This document shows, piece after piece, positions 52,370 through 53,592 of a stretch of 53,592 nt of DNA. Where the stretch lies: positions 1 through 53,592 of the IMG/VR virus record IMGVR_UViG_3300045240_000178; one strand, given 5' to 3'. How positions within the stretch are numbered: the stretch's first letter is position 1; every line of letters begins with the position of its first letter. A model generated the notes under the pieces. That model worked only from the letters and a program-made list of their open reading frames with translations, was not told the DNA's origin and made no database searches. Both the position numbers and the translations under genes were made by a program. Source of the DNA: a virus (Duplodnaviria > Caudoviricetes).

Positions 52370-53287
52370 ATGCCGGATATCACCTCAGTAAATGTATCTC
52401 AGGCGATTTTGAAGCTGATCGGAGTGAAGGCGATGCCGGCGTTGCTGGCCAACCTCGTGATGGGCAATCTGGTCAACCGCGATTACGAAGCCCAGCTCGG
52501 CAACACCGGCGACACGGTGAACATCGTAATCCCGCCCACCATGGTCGCCAATGACATCAATGAAGGCGGCAGCGTCCAGCTTCAGAACCCCTCTCTCGGC
52601 AACGCGCAGATCGTGCTCAACACGCATGCCGAAGCAAGTTTCCAGATCCCCGATGTCACCAAGGTCCTGGCGTTCCCGGATCTGTTGAGCACCTACATGC
52701 AGCCGGCAGTGAACGCCGTGGCGACGAAGATCGAGACGGATCTGCTCAGCCTGTGGCCGCTCTTCACCGCGAACGCCGCGCTCGGCGCCACGACCGCGAT
52801 GGACGAAGCGCGCATCGATAGCGCGGAGAAGGTGCTGTTCGACAATTTCATTCCGCAGAATGAGCCGAAGTTCTTCGTAATCGCCTCGAGCTCCGCCGCG
52901 GCCATGCGCCAGATTCCGCGATTCTCGGAATATCAGACGACGGGCGAGAAGGACACCATGCTCACCGCCTACATGCCCGGCGGATCGCCTGGGCAGTTCG
53001 GCAAGATCAAGGACTTCTTCGTCTTCCGTTCGCAGCTCGTGCCGCTCTCGACCAACTACAAGAACATCGCCTTCCACCGGAACGCGATCGGAATGGCCAT
53101 GCGCCGCCTTCCGGCGCCTTTGCCCGGAACCGGCGCCATTGCCGAGTACGTCGAGCTTGGGAACTTCGGTTTCCGCCTGCTGTTGAGCTACGCGCCGGGA
53201 ACCCTGGCTTCGCAGGTGACCGTCGACGCGCTCTATGGCGTGGCCGTCATCCGTAACAATCACGGCGTGGTCGTCCAGTCAACCTAA
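52370..53287 (+). CDS. Major capsid protein (P22 gp5-like coat family), 305 aa
   Basis: VNRDYE...GDTVNI..P N-terminus; AFHRNA and DALYGV C-terminal motifs. Confidence 0.9.
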   Translation: MPDITSVNVSQAILKLIGVKAMPALLANLVMGNLVNRDYEAQLGNTGDTVNIVIPPTMVANDINEGGSVQLQNPSLGNAQIVLNTHAEASFQIPDVTKVLAFPDLLSTYMQPAVNAVATKIETDLLSLWPLFTANAALGATTAMDEARIDSAEKVLFDNFIPQNEPKFFVIASSSAAAMRQIPRFSEYQTTGEKDTMLTAYMPGGSPGQFGKIKDFFVFRSQLVPLSTNYKNIAFHRNAIGMAMRRLPAPLPGTGAIAEYVELGNFGFRLLLSYAPGTLASQVTVDALYGVAVIRNNHGVVVQST

Positions 53288-53301
53288 GCGGGTATCAGCA
53301 G

Positions 53302-53592
53302 ATGGATCTTCAAAAATACTGGAACGATGTGCGCGCCGCGCAGGAAAAGCTGCCGCGGCAGATGGTCTATTACCTGGTCTCGCTGGAGAACCCCGAAAAG
53401 GGCACCATCGCGGGCAGGGTAATGGATATGTCCAATCCCAAAGAAGTGGCGCGGCGCCTGGTCGAACGGACTCACAAGCTCGCGTCCCCCGAGGAAATCG
53501 CCCATCACCAGGCGATGCAACAGCAGCAGGCCGACGAACTGGCCGAGATCGAGCTGAAGCGCAAAGGCCAGCTCGCCATGCCGAAGGAACTG
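53302..53592 (+). CDS. 5' part of the junction-spanning 113-aa protein (MDLQKYWNDV...)
   Basis: Open to the window end and continues in frame at 1-181. Confidence 0.85.
   Translation, partial: MDLQKYWNDVRAAQEKLPRQMVYYLVSLENPEKGTIAGRVMDMSNPKEVARRLVERTHKLASPEEIAHHQAMQQQQADELAEIELKRKGQLAMPKEL
53463..53592 (+). repeat. Terminal direct repeat, right copy
   Basis: 129/130 identical to 1-130. Confidence 0.97.

Larger units (their letters stand above)
1..53592. mobile_element. Complete circularly assembled temperate tailed phage genome (siphovirus-like, unit length 53,462 bp)
   Basis: Terminal 130-bp direct overlap; full set of packaging, head, tail, lysis, recombination and replication-like modules; no host housekeeping genes. 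Confidence 0.93.

Noticed and set aside
1-53592. Alternative genetic code or introns/inteins in core genes
   Set aside because: TerL, portal, capsid and tape measure are uninterrupted and of normal length under the standard code, and all three stop codons are used

Overview
The window is most simply read as one complete, circularly assembled, GC-rich temperate siphovirus-like phage genome of 53,462 bp: bases 1-130 are repeated at 53463-53592 with one mismatch, and a gene reads through the join. A rightward late arm runs from about 42.6 kb across the join to about 20.3 kb. It carries a lysis cassette (TM/coiled-coil protein, LL-H-like holin, patatin phospholipase, GH24 lysozyme), a serine resolvase, TerS/TerL, portal, scaffold, a P22-gp5-like major capsid, head-tail genes, tail tube, frameshifted G/GT chaperones, tape measure, distal tail, hub and two beta-helix tailspike-like proteins. 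A mostly leftward early arm (20.5-40.5 kb) carries a Xer-sized tyrosine recombinase, a Cas4/AddB-like nuclease, secreted proteins, a Gfo/Idh/MocA oxidoreductase, a GIY-YIG module, a Topo VI-A/Toprim protein, a probable replication initiator and many small ORFs. The host is probably Acidobacteriota (Bryobacteraceae-like); this is an inference from recalled capsid similarity and was not searched. The best candidates for new biology are: (i) a patatin translationally coupled between holin and endolysin with no visible o-spanin; (ii) a GIY-YIG nuclease and a neighbour sharing a 70-aa C-terminal domain, with a SymR/PtaRNA1-like antisense RNA and flanking palindromes; (iii) an Acb2/Tad1-like sponge inside the tail operon; (iv) a divergent promoter switch with a Zn-ribbon protein where cI would be expected; (v) an unannotated 20-aa histone-H1-like peptide antisense to the packaging operon; (vi) an antisense RNA in the replication-gene leader. 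No CRISPR array, tRNA, rRNA, reverse transcriptase or transposase was seen. All family calls come from reading motifs by eye.
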